61,356 nucleotides of DNA from Thermodesulfobacteriales bacterium (GTDB lineage: Bacteria > Desulfobacterota > Thermodesulfobacteria > Thermodesulfobacteriales > Thermodesulfatatoraceae), in NCBI GenBank assembly GCA_026986115.1, contig JALSPG010000018.1:1-61356 (forward strand). The letters run 5' to 3'. Positions 28,580 through 38,530 of this stretch are shown in pieces. Under the pieces are notes generated by a model. It was not told the DNA's origin, made no database searches, and saw only the letters and a program-made list of their open reading frames with translations. Positions within the stretch are counted from its first letter, which is position 1; every line of letters starts with the position of its first letter. The position numbers and the translations under genes were made by a program.

Positions 28580-29179
28580 CTATTCTACGAGAGACACTAC
28601 TTCATGGCCGGCCATCTCAAGGGCAGCGGCGATAGGTTCTAGGGGGCATTTTTCAAGGCGAACATAGTATATTTTTTTACCACTGGCATGGACATCCATC
28701 CCTACGGATATTATTTGCCCTCCGTGGGTGCGAATAATATCAAGAACTTCTTCAAAACTACTTTCTCCGCCTGGGACAACATCAATACGAGAACTTGAGC
28801 GCAAGATTCCCATGAGTTCGATGAAAGCTCCCAGAAGATCTGTGATAGTAATGATTCCGACGAGCCGACCTTTATGGGTAACAGGCAGACCTCCGATTTT
28901 GTACCGGTAAATAAGTTTTGCAGCCTCGTCAATCGTGGCTTCGGAGTCAATGGTGACAGGATTAATAATCATTACCTCCCGGATTGGAAGCTTCTCCATC
29001 ACGGCAGGAAGGGCATACTGCCTGATGCTGCTTTCGGTAACTAATCCTACGAGCTTATCTCCTTCTGTAACCGGAAGATGCCTGATAGAGTGCTTTTTCA
29101 TGAGTTGAATGGCATCTTCTACAGTAGCTTCCGGTGAAATGGTAACAACGTCTTTTATCATCCAATGCTTGATGCGCAA
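28580..29179 (-). CDS. CBS-pair plus ACT-like domain protein (AcuB-like)
   Basis: Two CBS repeats (IRHLPV, IGGLPV, GIITITD) plus a C-terminal ACT-like region. Confidence 0.88.
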   Translation of the reverse strand: MRIKHWMIKDVVTISPEATVEDAIQLMKKHSIRHLPVTEGDKLVGLVTESSIRQYALPAVMEKLPIREVMIINPVTIDSEATIDEAAKLIYRYKIGGLPVTHKGRLVGIITITDLLGAFIELMGILRSSSRIDVVPGGESSFEEVLDIIRTHGGQIISVGMDVHASGKKIYYVRLEKCPLEPIAAALEMAGHEVVSLVE

Positions 29180-29236
29180 GGCCTAACCCTCACAAACTTT
29201 TTGCCCAGTATAGCATTGGTTAGGCAGGCATCAATA

Positions 29237-32200
29237 CTAAGCAGCTTCTTGACGCCGGTGGCGGCTTTCTTCGAAGTGTTCGTGGACTTGATGCATAAAG
29301 GCTTCAAGCCGCATCCTTGTTCCCATCGAACGTTGGCCGTCGCAAGAAACGGTAAGCACCGGCACAAGACCATTTTCTTCTCTTACCCTTTTTAATAACA
29401 TGGTCACGATGGTACCAGGCATACAGGTAAAGGGGATCACGTTTACGATACCGTTTACCCCGTGGCGAAGATAATCTAGACTTTTTCCTACAGATAAAAT
29501 GGCTTCACCTTCAAACTCTTCACTTACATAACGTTTGGCAAGTCCGATGATTTCATCTACGCTGGGTTCTTCGGCACTTTTAAGCAGATCTCTTACTAGA
29601 GAAGCAAATTTGTGTTCGTCTTTGACCTGCACGTGGTTTTCAATAATGAGGCGAGTAAGTTCTCGGAGCTTGCGGAGCCTTTTGGCCCAGCGCTTGGAAG
29701 TAAAGTTGATGTAGTAAATCCACTCTGCAATAGTAGGGAGCCAGACCTCTGCCCCCATTTCTTCCAAAACTTTGACAATGTTTTCGTTGGCAAAACGGTT
29801 TGCTCTTACATAAATTTCTCCTACAATTCCCACGATTGGTTTTTCACCTTGGCCTTCAATAGGAATGCGGGCGAAGTCTTCCCGAATTTCTTGCATTACT
29901 TTGAAGAGATCTTCTCGCCTTTCGATCGCCTTACAAATCTTTTGAAGAGAGCTGTGGTAAACTTTTTCTGTCTCGCCAGGATGCACCTCATATGGCCTTA
30001 TTTCCCTGAGAAGTTTATCGAGGATGTCTACACAAACGATGGCTTGCCAAGAAAGACGGACAAAATCACTACCCGCAATCATCCCAATCTCTTGATAAAA
30101 CTTGACATCTTGAGTTGGAGAATAGATCGGTACGTTTTCATAACCCAGCTCATCGAGAATTTTGCGGTGCAGACGATTATATTGTCCAAAACGGCAAGGC
30201 CCGGCGCCGGAAGGCATAAAGAAAGCAGCTTTTTGCGGATCAAATCCTGGCTGTTTAAGCATTTTGAGCATGTCGCCGGTGGTAAGTACTGCCGGATAAC
30301 ATTCCTTTCCAGAAGTATAACGACGTCCAAGTTTTAGGGATTCTTCGTCTGATTCCGGAAGTACCACGGCATTGACCCCACAAGCTCTAAAAGAAGCAGC
30401 CAGGGCATAGGCATGATCTGCCATGTGGGGAATATAAAGAATACGGCCGTCTTCGGGTTTTATCTTTCGCCGATAGCGGTGGGGAGGCTTCTTTCCCGCC
30501 AGGCGTTTTCCTCTTACGCTGTCTAAAAAGGCTTCAATACGGGTTACTACCCCAGCATCGGCACTGTGTTCGTCTATTTCTAGCTCAAGGTAGGGTTTTC
30601 CTCCCAGAAGTTCTTCAAAGAAATGAATGATAAAGGAGTCAGGGCCACAGGAAAAATTGGTAAGAAAAATGGGATAGAGTTTTTTGTGTTCCCGGATGAA
30701 ATGGGCTGCCAGCAAGAAACGTTGCCCATAACGCCAGTACATACCCTCAAGGCCATCAAGATCTTTTATTTCACCCAAAGGGAGCATATCTACCGGAATT
30801 CCAACTACTCCCAAGCTCCTAATCTTGTTGTGAATGGCAAGATTAGCTCCGGGGTCACAGGCATTATAAGGTCTTCCGACAATTACCAGGGCTACCTCAT
30901 CTTCTTTGAGAGAGGAAAGAACTTCTTGCCCTCTCTTTTTAAGCCACCTTTCAAAATCTTGCTGCGCTTCTGCAGCTATTTCCCAAGCTTTTTTAAGCTC
31001 TTTAAAGGAGACTTGGAGCATCTTGGCCAGTTCTTTTTTCTCTTTCTCAAGGACCTTTCCTCCCGTACCGAAATGAAAAACCGGTGCTATAAGTTGGGCA
31101 CCATAGCTTTCGAAATTGAAAGAGGCCGCAAGGGCTGAAGGAATGCTTTGCACATAAGGGCAAATCTTTCCTACCTGAAGCTTAGGATGGTCAGAGGGGA
31201 GATCTATTATGTAGGGAACAAAAATTTTCTTGATACCTTTCTGGAAAAGGTCAAGCACGTGCCCATGAGCCACTTTAATAGGAAAACAAGTTTCAGCTGC
31301 CACCGCCTCACAGCCGGCATTTACAAGCTTTTTGTTGGTGGGTTCTGAAATAACCACCTCGAAACCCAGTTCTTGGAGAAGGGTGGCAAAAAATGGAAGC
31401 CTTTCAAAATTAAAAAGGGCTCTGGGAAGGCCTATTGGTCCCCGGTGTCCCGCGTTTTCTTTCAAATAACCCAAAAGCTTTTCTTCCCTTTCCTTGATAA
31501 GATTAGGAAGAGTGGCTGGTGGCTTGCGGTGTTCCACCTCGTACTTTTCGCAACGGCCCCCATAGAAATAAGGCGGGTTTCCTTCAATGGAAACCTTTCG
31601 GATTTCACACTGGTTAGGACAGCCCCGGCACTCAAATGTAGAGATTTCATACTTTACGTGAGAGAGATCAAAGCCCCGAAACTTGGTAATTCCTGTGCTT
31701 TCCTCGCGAGCTAACAAGGCGGCTCCCAGCGCTCCGGTAACCTCATGATGGGGTGGGACAATAATTTCTTTACTTAGGATCTTTTCAAAGGCTGCGACAA
31801 TGCCCACATTGAAAGCCGTTGCGCCTTGATAAAAGACCTTCTGCCCTATTTTGCGTCCTTCTACGACTTTGTTGAGATAGTTGTGTACAATGGCGTAACA
31901 GAGCCCGGCGATAAGATCTTCTTTAGGAAGCCCCTGCTGTTGGTAATGTAGGAGATCTGATTGCATGAAAACGGTACACCTTTCCCCCATTTCTACCGGG
32001 GCTTCTGAGGCCAGTGCATACTCGCCAAATTTTTCGATAGGGACATTTAAACGCACGGCTTGTTCTTCTAGAAAAGAGCCTGTTCCTGCGGCGCAAGCCT
32101 TATTCATGGTGAAATCTACAATTGTTCCCCTCTCTAGCCGAATATACTTGGAGTCTTGCCCTCCGATTTCGATAATAGTGTCCACTTCTGGATCAAGAAA

Positions 32201-33427
32201 GGCCGCAGCCTTAGCCTGAGCCGTGATTTCATTACGAATGACGTCTGCCCCTACAAAATCACCCACCAGATAACGTCCAGATCCGGTAGTTCCCACGCCG
32301 AGAACTTCGATTTCAAAATTTTTGGGAAGCTTTTCTTTCAGGGCCAAAAGTCCCTCTTTGACACTTTCCAAAGGCTTGCCGTGGTGGAGAGCGTAGGTTT
32401 TGGCCAGAAGATGTCCTTCTTCATCGATGGCTACCAATTTGGTACTTACTGAACCTACGTCGATACCCAAGTAAACCCGCAGAGGACTCTTCTGGGGGAA
32501 AGGGGTTTCGGTTTTTACCCCTCGAGGGGTATAAGGCCCAAGCTTTTCTAAGCGTTTTACGGTACGAGTTCTCTCTTTGAGATAGGCCTCAAGGATTTCC
32601 GATCCTTGGTAAGGGGCTTTGAAACGTCCGTCAAGACCATATAGGGCGGCTCCGATGGCCCCCATAATAAAGTGATATTTGGGAATAATGAGCTCACCTT
32701 CCTTAAGATGGAAGATTTCGCGGACAGCCCTCCGGACTCCGAGATTTGCCGCTACTCCACCTTGAAAAACAATCGGAGGGAGGATTTTACGGCCGCGAGC
32801 CAAATTGCTCTTAAGGTTCCTAATAATGGCAAAACACAGACCCGCAATGATTTCATGGTCGGGGACGGCTGCTTGTTGAAGGTGGATCATATCGGATTTA
32901 GCAAAAACTGTGCAGCGGCCGGCAATACGGGGAATATTTTCGGCCTTAAGTGCCAGGCGACTAAATTCTTCGATGGTGTAACCAAGCCGTGCAGCCTGCT
33001 GTTCAAGAAAGGCCCCGGTACCCGCTGCACACATGGTGTTTAAGGCAAAATCTTTGATCCGAAACTTTCCCCCCTCATGGGAGATAAAAACCAGTTTGGA
33101 GTCTTCTCCCCCAATATCAATGATGGTATTGGCTTCGGGATGGAAATGTTCTACCGCCCGAGCATGGGCCATTACTTCGTTGACAAAGGCCACGGAAAGA
33201 ATTTTGGCGATAAATTTTCCAGCTGTTCCCGTACAAGTAAGACCTGCCAGTTTTTCGCGTCCAAAATGCTCTTCTACCTCTTTGAGGATCTGAGCAGCAG
33301 TTTCTACAGGTTGGCCATGCGTTTTCCGGTAAGTATGGTAGAGAACCTCTCTTTCCGGAGAAAGGACCGCCACTTTGGCCGTGCCAGAACCGACATCAAG
33401 GCCTACATAGTATTGCTCCATCCCCAA
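29237..33427 (-). CDS. CoA-substrate-specific enzyme activase (2x BcrAD/BadFG plus DUF2229)
   Basis: Two GLDVGS/GIDVGS, IGGEDSK/IGGQDSK, CAAGTG, RCTVF repeats; CFPIKVAHGH; FSCGPD. Confidence 0.92.
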   Translation of the reverse strand: MGMEQYYVGLDVGSGTAKVAVLSPEREVLYHTYRKTHGQPVETAAQILKEVEEHFGREKLAGLTCTGTAGKFIAKILSVAFVNEVMAHARAVEHFHPEANTIIDIGGEDSKLVFISHEGGKFRIKDFALNTMCAAGTGAFLEQQAARLGYTIEEFSRLALKAENIPRIAGRCTVFAKSDMIHLQQAAVPDHEIIAGLCFAIIRNLKSNLARGRKILPPIVFQGGVAANLGVRRAVREIFHLKEGELIIPKYHFIMGAIGAALYGLDGRFKAPYQGSEILEAYLKERTRTVKRLEKLGPYTPRGVKTETPFPQKSPLRVYLGIDVGSVSTKLVAIDEEGHLLAKTYALHHGKPLESVKEGLLALKEKLPKNFEIEVLGVGTTGSGRYLVGDFVGADVIRNEITAQAKAAAFLDPEVDTIIEIGGQDSKYIRLERGTIVDFTMNKACAAGTGSFLEEQAVRLNVPIEKFGEYALASEAPVEMGERCTVFMQSDLLHYQQQGLPKEDLIAGLCYAIVHNYLNKVVEGRKIGQKVFYQGATAFNVGIVAAFEKILSKEIIVPPHHEVTGALGAALLAREESTGITKFRGFDLSHVKYEISTFECRGCPNQCEIRKVSIEGNPPYFYGGRCEKYEVEHRKPPATLPNLIKEREEKLLGYLKENAGHRGPIGLPRALFNFERLPFFATLLQELGFEVVISEPTNKKLVNAGCEAVAAETCFPIKVAHGHVLDLFQKGIKKIFVPYIIDLPSDHPKLQVGKICPYVQSIPSALAASFNFESYGAQLIAPVFHFGTGGKVLEKEKKELAKMLQVSFKELKKAWEIAAEAQQDFERWLKKRGQEVLSSLKEDEVALVIVGRPYNACDPGANLAIHNKIRSLGVVGIPVDMLPLGEIKDLDGLEGMYWRYGQRFLLAAHFIREHKKLYPIFLTNFSCGPDSFIIHFFEELLGGKPYLELEIDEHSADAGVVTRIEAFLDSVRGKRLAGKKPPHRYRRKIKPEDGRILYIPHMADHAYALAASFRACGVNAVVLPESDEESLKLGRRYTSGKECYPAVLTTGDMLKMLKQPGFDPQKAAFFMPSGAGPCRFGQYNRLHRKILDELGYENVPIYSPTQDVKFYQEIGMIAGSDFVRLSWQAIVCVDILDKLLREIRPYEVHPGETEKVYHSSLQKICKAIERREDLFKVMQEIREDFARIPIEGQGEKPIVGIVGEIYVRANRFANENIVKVLEEMGAEVWLPTIAEWIYYINFTSKRWAKRLRKLRELTRLIIENHVQVKDEHKFASLVRDLLKSAEEPSVDEIIGLAKRYVSEEFEGEAILSVGKSLDYLRHGVNGIVNVIPFTCMPGTIVTMLLKRVREENGLVPVLTVSCDGQRSMGTRMRLEAFMHQVHEHFEESRHRRQEAA

Positions 33428-33492
33428 CCTCCTGCCGCTTGCTCCTTAAATTTTAAGCGATCTGCTAGGAATTTTGAATACCTTTTAATTAA

Positions 33493-34134
33493 TCAAAATT
33501 CAAAAACTCTCTTGAATTCTCCTTGCGGAAGCCTTTCTTTTAGCTGAGCCAAAGTTTCAGAAGGCGTTGTTCTGCGGCCTACCAAAATCTTGAGGACTTT
33601 AGCGCCTTTTTTCCGGTAATATTCTCGCAGGGGACGGGTACGTTCTTTGTAGGTAAGCCATTTTTTGTAAATGAGTTCGATATAATCATCATCTCTCCCG
33701 TTCCGATCTCCGCCTATGTTGTGATGAATACGTTCCAAAATTTCTTCAAAAGAAGCTTCAAGCACTATTACCAGCGGGATATAAATTTTATTGGCAAGGG
33801 CCCGGGCTTGACCTTCATGCCGAGGAAGGCCATTCATGACCAAAATTTCGTTTCCAGAGGCCCTTTTAGTGTGTAGAAAGTTTTGAAGAATTTTGAGCGC
33901 CAGATAGAAATGTTCATTTTCAAGGAGAAGCCCTTCGGAAAGGACCTTTTGGATAAAAATCCTTTCTGAAGATAGAAAACCGTCTCTTATTTCTCCGCGG
34001 GCCACAGCTCTCAGTTCCTTTCCAAAATCAAAATGGAGACATTTTTGCCCGTAAATCCCGCATTCTTCCAAAAGATCTCCCAGGGGGCTTTTACCAACTC
34101 CTGTCGGTCCTAAAAGCAGTAATCCTCTTAACAT
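33493..34134 (-). CDS. Adenylate kinase-like P-loop protein
   Basis: LLGPTGVGKS, NGLPRHEGQA, RDDD...YKERTRPL. Confidence 0.75.
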   Translation of the reverse strand: MLRGLLLLGPTGVGKSPLGDLLEECGIYGQKCLHFDFGKELRAVARGEIRDGFLSSERIFIQKVLSEGLLLENEHFYLALKILQNFLHTKRASGNEILVMNGLPRHEGQARALANKIYIPLVIVLEASFEEILERIHHNIGGDRNGRDDDYIELIYKKWLTYKERTRPLREYYRKKGAKVLKILVGRRTTPSETLAQLKERLPQGEFKRVFEF

Positions 34135-34135
34135 G

Positions 34136-35110
34136 TTAAGGCAAAATGGCTTCTACAAATGCTTGCGGATCAAAGGGTTCCAGATCTTCTAGTTTTTCTC
34201 CTAACCCCACGAAACAGATAGGTATTTTGAAGAGATGAGCAAGGGTAAGAGCAATGCCCCCTTTGGCGGTACCATCCATTTTGGTGATAATAAGGCCAGA
34301 GATAGGTAGGGCCTCGCTGAAGAGTTTGACTTGGTTGATGGCGTTTTGCCCGGTGGTGGCATCAATGACAAGGAGATTTTGATGCGGGGCCCCTGGAAGT
34401 ACCTTTCCTGCCACCCTGGCCATCTTTTTTAGCTCTTCCATGAGGTTGTATTTGGTATGGAGTCTGCCGGCAGTATCAATGAGGGCTACGTCAAGCCCTC
34501 GGGCCTGAACGGCTTTTAACCCCTCAAAGACCACCGATGAGGGGTCTGCTCCGGGGTGTTGTTTGATAACAGGAATTTTAAGGCGTTTACCCCAGGATTC
34601 TAGCTGTTCAATGGCTGCGGCCCGGAAGGTATCTGCAGCTATGAAAAGGACGGAAAAACCTTGTTTCTGGAGACGGAAACCTAATTTGGCAATGGAGGTA
34701 GTTTTGCCTACGCCGTTTACACCCACTACAAAGATGGCTGCCGGTCGAGCTTCGGGTGGAAAGGGAGGAGGCTGAAGAGAAAGAATCTTGAGCATTTCTT
34801 TCTTCAACGCCTCTTTAAAAGCGGATGTCTTAAGAAGTTCTCCTTGTTGAACTTTGACCCTCAAGGGGGCCAGAAGGGCCTTCACGGTGTCAATATTGAT
34901 GTCAGCAGTGATCAGGGTTTCTTCTAATTCTTCAAAAAAGGTCTCATCGACCGTGCGTTCGACAATAAATATTTCTTGCAGTCCTTCTTGTAGCCTTTCA
35001 CGGGTGCGTGAAAGGCGTTCTCGGAATTTGCCCCAAAGAGATTTTTGTTCTTCTGGTTGGGGGGAAAGACTTTTTTCTGCTTCTTGTTTGCGACGTAACC
35101 ACTTGAACAT
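34136..35110 (-). CDS. ftsY: SRP receptor FtsY
   Basis: GVNGVGKTT, DTFRAAAIEQL, DTAGR, TKMDGTAKGG. Confidence 0.97.
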   Translation of the reverse strand: MFKWLRRKQEAEKSLSPQPEEQKSLWGKFRERLSRTRERLQEGLQEIFIVERTVDETFFEELEETLITADINIDTVKALLAPLRVKVQQGELLKTSAFKEALKKEMLKILSLQPPPFPPEARPAAIFVVGVNGVGKTTSIAKLGFRLQKQGFSVLFIAADTFRAAAIEQLESWGKRLKIPVIKQHPGADPSSVVFEGLKAVQARGLDVALIDTAGRLHTKYNLMEELKKMARVAGKVLPGAPHQNLLVIDATTGQNAINQVKLFSEALPISGLIITKMDGTAKGGIALTLAHLFKIPICFVGLGEKLEDLEPFDPQAFVEAILP

Positions 35111-35179
35111 AAAGATCCCTTGCGTTAAAAGACCTAAAGCTGTGCTAAGAGATAGCCTAGCCTGGAGAGCTTTGCAACA

Positions 35180-36250
35180 ATGGAAATAAAACTTCGTCTC
35201 TTACCACCAGAGAAGCGCGGCCGGCTTCCTATCCAGAAGAATTTGCCCTTTGGGCGCATCTTTACCGACCACATGTTCTATATGTTCTATCGGGAAGGGG
35301 AGGGCTGGCAAGGGGCTTGTATTAAACCTTACGAACCCCTTTGCCTTGATCCGGCAGCTGTTGTTTTTCACTACAGCCAGACCATTTTTGAAGGCCTTAA
35401 GGCTTATTACGGGGTTGACGGTAAGGTGCGTCTCTTTCGTCCGGGAAAAAATATGGCCCGTTTAAACCGCTCTGCTTGGCGGATGTGTATGCCCCAAATT
35501 GATGAAGTCTTTGTACTTGAGGCCCTCAAAAAATTGGTAGACATTGAAAGAGCATGGATTCCAAAAGAAAAAGGTTCAGCCCTCTATATACGGCCCCTGA
35601 TGATGGGTACCGAGGCCTTCCTCGGAGTCAAGCCCAGTGCTGAATATATTTTCTTTATCATTCTTTGCCCGGTAGGAGCTTATTATCGAGAAGGCTTTAA
35701 CCCTATAAAGATTTACGTTACCGACAAATACGTCCGGGCGGCTCCTGGAGGTGTGGGAGATGTAAAAACTGGTGGTAATTATGCCGCAAGTCTTATGGCT
35801 TCAGAAGAGGCCAAAAAACTAGGTTATACCCAAGTCCTTTGGCTTGACGCCATCGAAAGACGCTATGTAGAAGAAGTTGGAACAATGAACATTTTCTTCT
35901 ATTTCGAAGACGAACTAGTTACCCCCGCCCTTACAGGTACTATTCTCCCTGGGATTACAAGAGAGTCTGTGATCCATATGGCCAGAGACTGGGGCCTTCG
36001 GGTCACGGAAAGGCGTATCACTATTGAAGAAGTCCTAGAAGGAGCAGAAAGTGGCCGGCTTAAGGAGTGTTTTGGTACCGGGACTGCGGCCGTTATTTCT
36101 CCGGTGGGTTGTCTGGCATATAAAGGGAAGGAATATGTTATAAACGAGGGGAAAACAGGCCCCCTTGCCCGCCGCCTCTTTGACGAACTTACCGGGATCC
36201 AGTATGGCGAGAAGCCTGATCCTTACGGCTGGATTCAATTTGTGCCATAA
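35180..36250 (+). CDS. ilvE: Branched-chain amino acid aminotransferase
   Basis: FEGLKAY, LYIRP, KTGGNY, EEVGTMN, ILPGITR, GTAAVISP. Confidence 0.96.
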   Translation: MEIKLRLLPPEKRGRLPIQKNLPFGRIFTDHMFYMFYREGEGWQGACIKPYEPLCLDPAAVVFHYSQTIFEGLKAYYGVDGKVRLFRPGKNMARLNRSAWRMCMPQIDEVFVLEALKKLVDIERAWIPKEKGSALYIRPLMMGTEAFLGVKPSAEYIFFIILCPVGAYYREGFNPIKIYVTDKYVRAAPGGVGDVKTGGNYAASLMASEEAKKLGYTQVLWLDAIERRYVEEVGTMNIFFYFEDELVTPALTGTILPGITRESVIHMARDWGLRVTERRITIEEVLEGAESGRLKECFGTGTAAVISPVGCLAYKGKEYVINEGKTGPLARRLFDELTGIQYGEKPDPYGWIQFVP

Positions 36251-37385
36251 GCTCTTTGCTTTCTGTTGTAAGTCTCTGTAAAAGGTCTTCAATATCTTTA
36301 AATTTAAGACGCACTTTGGGCACTTTTGCGAAACGAGTTTCCAGGACTTTTTCTTCTCCCCAGATAACTACATCTTTGATGATTTCTTCTAGTTCTGCAA
36401 TATTACGGGACCAGGGATAGAGAAGAAAACGCTCGAGAAGTTTGAGAGAGAGCGAAATTGCTTCTTTACGATAAATCCAGGCGTAATTTTCGAGAAAATA
36501 TTGTGCCAAAAGTGGAAGATCAATGAATCTCTCTTTGAGAGGTGGAAGCCGGATGGCAAATTCTGCCAATTTAAAAAAGATTTCCGGAAGAAGTTTACCT
36601 TCTTTGAGGAGTTTCTCTGGCGGGGTAGCTAAAGAAATAATGAGTTTGACCTTACTATAGACGGGCTCTGTGGCTCCCAAAGGATAAAAGTAGCCATTTT
36701 CCAAAAAGAGAAGTAACCGTTGCTGGGCAGAAAGAGGAAGATCTTCTAAATTTTCAAGGTAAAGGATACCGTCTTCAGCTTTGGCAAAGGCACCTTCTTT
36801 ACTTTTCTTAATATTTTTAATTACCCCTGGTTTAAAACCAAAGAGTAGAGGTTCAATCATTTCTGGGGGAAGGGCTGCTGCCGCAAACTTAATAAATCTT
36901 CCCCTTCGGTAGCCATGTATATGACGGGCTAGAAGTTCCTTTCCTACCCCCTTTGGTCCTTCAAGTAAAATAGGTTCGGGTAGGCGGGCTAAAATAGGAA
37001 TAGATTTCCTGATGTTGACTATCCTTTCGTCTTCTCCTAAAAAAGGCTGCTCCCTTTCCTCAGATGTAAGAGGAAATTTACGATTAAATATTTCTTCCAC
37101 AAATGAGTAAAGCCTGGCAGGGGTAAATGGTCTTTTGAAATAAGAGACCTTAACCCATTGAAAAGGTAAATTTTTTCTCTTCCTACTGATAGCCAAAATA
37201 TGGGTACGTTTGGGGATTTCTTGGGGGAGACGAGCCAAATCTTCTGGCTTGATTTTTGCAGGTTCTGCTAATATCAAAAGCTGAGCCCGGTCTTGGCTGG
37301 TCGGAAAACCTTTGGCCAGACTCAGTAAATGATAGATATAACGCCCTAACGGCTCTTCTCCCGATATTACGCAAAAATAAATCAT
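36189..37385 (-). CDS. Degenerate sigma54-interaction (AAA+) domain protein
   Basis: ILLEGPKGVGKELLARHIH, LFGFKPG, QQRLLLFLE, IRLPPLKER, YPWSRNIAELE. GAFTGA and Walker B are altered and no clear HTH is present. Confidence 0.8.
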   Translation of the reverse strand: MIYFCVISGEEPLGRYIYHLLSLAKGFPTSQDRAQLLILAEPAKIKPEDLARLPQEIPKRTHILAISRKRKNLPFQWVKVSYFKRPFTPARLYSFVEEIFNRKFPLTSEEREQPFLGEDERIVNIRKSIPILARLPEPILLEGPKGVGKELLARHIHGYRRGRFIKFAAAALPPEMIEPLLFGFKPGVIKNIKKSKEGAFAKAEDGILYLENLEDLPLSAQQRLLLFLENGYFYPLGATEPVYSKVKLIISLATPPEKLLKEGKLLPEIFFKLAEFAIRLPPLKERFIDLPLLAQYFLENYAWIYRKEAISLSLKLLERFLLYPWSRNIAELEEIIKDVVIWGEEKVLETRFAKVPKVRLKFKDIEDLLQRLTTESKELMAQIESSRKDQASRHTGSR

Positions 37386-37400
37386 TTAAAATGTAGATAT

Positions 37401-37416
37401 AGCAAAGCCTATACCA
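37401..37416 (-). promoter_or_regulatory. Putative sigma54 promoter
   Basis: Minus strand TGGTAT-AGGCT-TTGCT. Confidence 0.65.
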
Positions 37417-37497
37417 TAAAAGAGATCCCAGAGCCCTCTTTTTAGCCTTGAAAAAGGCCTTAAAAACGCACTTAACTTCTCATTTCTTAAATTTTTA

Positions 37498-37513
37498 TGT
37501 CAAATTTTTGACA
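37498..37513. promoter_or_regulatory. Palindromic TGT-N10-ACA enhancer-like site
   Basis: TGTCAAATTTTTGACA, about 85-100 bp upstream of the sigma54 motif. Confidence 0.5.
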
Positions 37514-37616
37514 AAAAGAGAAAAAAATTTCCATTAATGGGAAAAAATTTTCCTTCTACTCTCCGGATTTTAAAAATTCTTCTTTTTAAAGATCGATTAA
37601 GCGGCAAAAAGTATGC

Positions 37617-38060
37617 CTAAAAATCGACGATTTTTTTGGCTTGAGCCGTAGCCTTTTGGACTGCAACGGCCTTGTCCAAATCGAGATCCGCAAGTTCTTC
37701 CTCTCCCATATCTCGATATACCTGGCTGCGGGCCATAAAAGCCGCGGCGTAGAGAGGTTCTAGATCGATAGCTTTATTAAAGCATTCCAGGGCCTTCTCA
37801 AGCTCTTTTTTGCGGTAATAGACCTGACCTAAACGAAAGTGGAGCCTGGCGTTTTGGGGTTCTTTCTCGAGGGCTTTAAGAAGATCTCTTTCTGCTTCTT
37901 CAAAGCGTTCAAAACGGAGATGGATAGCTGCCCTGGCATGGAGAGCTTTTACCATTTCAGGATCGAGTTCAAGCGCCTTGTCCAAATACTCTAAAGCCTT
38001 ATCAAATTGTTGTTTGAAGAGGAGAAAGGCTCCTTCTTCATAAAGTTCTTCTGCTGTCAT
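37617..38060 (-). CDS. Tetratricopeptide repeat protein
   Basis: Repeated A...G....A...A LELDP-type TPR units. Confidence 0.9.
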   Translation of the reverse strand: MTAEELYEEGAFLLFKQQFDKALEYLDKALELDPEMVKALHARAAIHLRFERFEEAERDLLKALEKEPQNARLHFRLGQVYYRKKELEKALECFNKAIDLEPLYAAAFMARSQVYRDMGEEELADLDLDKAVAVQKATAQAKKIVDF

Positions 38061-38150
38061 AGCTACCTCCTTTTTAAAAATTGCAATCGATTTAAAGTCT
38101 TCTTGTCCTTTTTCAGAAAACTGTTTAATAGTTAATTAGTGTGCCGACAA

Positions 38151-38238
38151 GGAGGGGTGCCCGAGCGGTCGAAGGGGGCGGCCTTGAAAGCCGCTGAGGG
38201 CCTAGTGCCCTCCGGGGGTTCGAATCCCTCCCCCTCCG
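38151..38238 (+). tRNA. tRNA-Ser (TGA)
   Basis: GGAGGGG/CCCCTCC acceptor stem, GCGGC-CTTGAAA-GCCGC anticodon arm, long variable arm, GTTCGAATC. CCA not encoded. Confidence 0.95.
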
Positions 38239-38279
38239 CTTGTCAAAAAAATTTTTCTTGGTTAGTTTAGAAAAAGATT

Positions 38280-38372
38280 GGAGGGGTGACCGAGTGGCCG
38301 AAGGTGCTCGCCTGCTAAGCGAGTGTGCCCTCACAAGGGGCACCGTGGGTTCGAATCCCACCCCCTCCGCCA
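38280..38372 (+). tRNA. tRNA-Ser (GCT)
   Basis: CTCGC-CTGCTAA-GCGAG anticodon arm, long variable arm, ends GCCA. Confidence 0.96.
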
Positions 38373-38479
38373 CTTTCTCGTAAATTTTGTCGTTCTTCCT
38401 TACCGTTTTGTCTATCCATTCTTCCTCATATTTAAGTTAACTCTCCCAAAGGGGCTTAATTTTCAAGGATAACCGTTTT

Positions 38480-38495
38480 TGGCATTTTGCTTGCT
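38480..38495 (+). promoter_or_regulatory. sigma54 promoter of the cytochrome c3 gene
   Basis: TGGCAT-TTTGC-TTGCT, 35 bp before the ATG. Confidence 0.75.
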
Positions 38496-38530
38496 TTAAA
38501 ATCGCGGTAAAAAAGTGAAGGAGGTCGGGT

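Noticed and set aside
29612-33547. Long plus-strand ORFs opposite the activase gene
   Set aside because: Antisense shadows without recognisable motifs.
38125-38373. 82-aa ORF
   Set aside because: Antisense translation of two tRNA-Ser genes.
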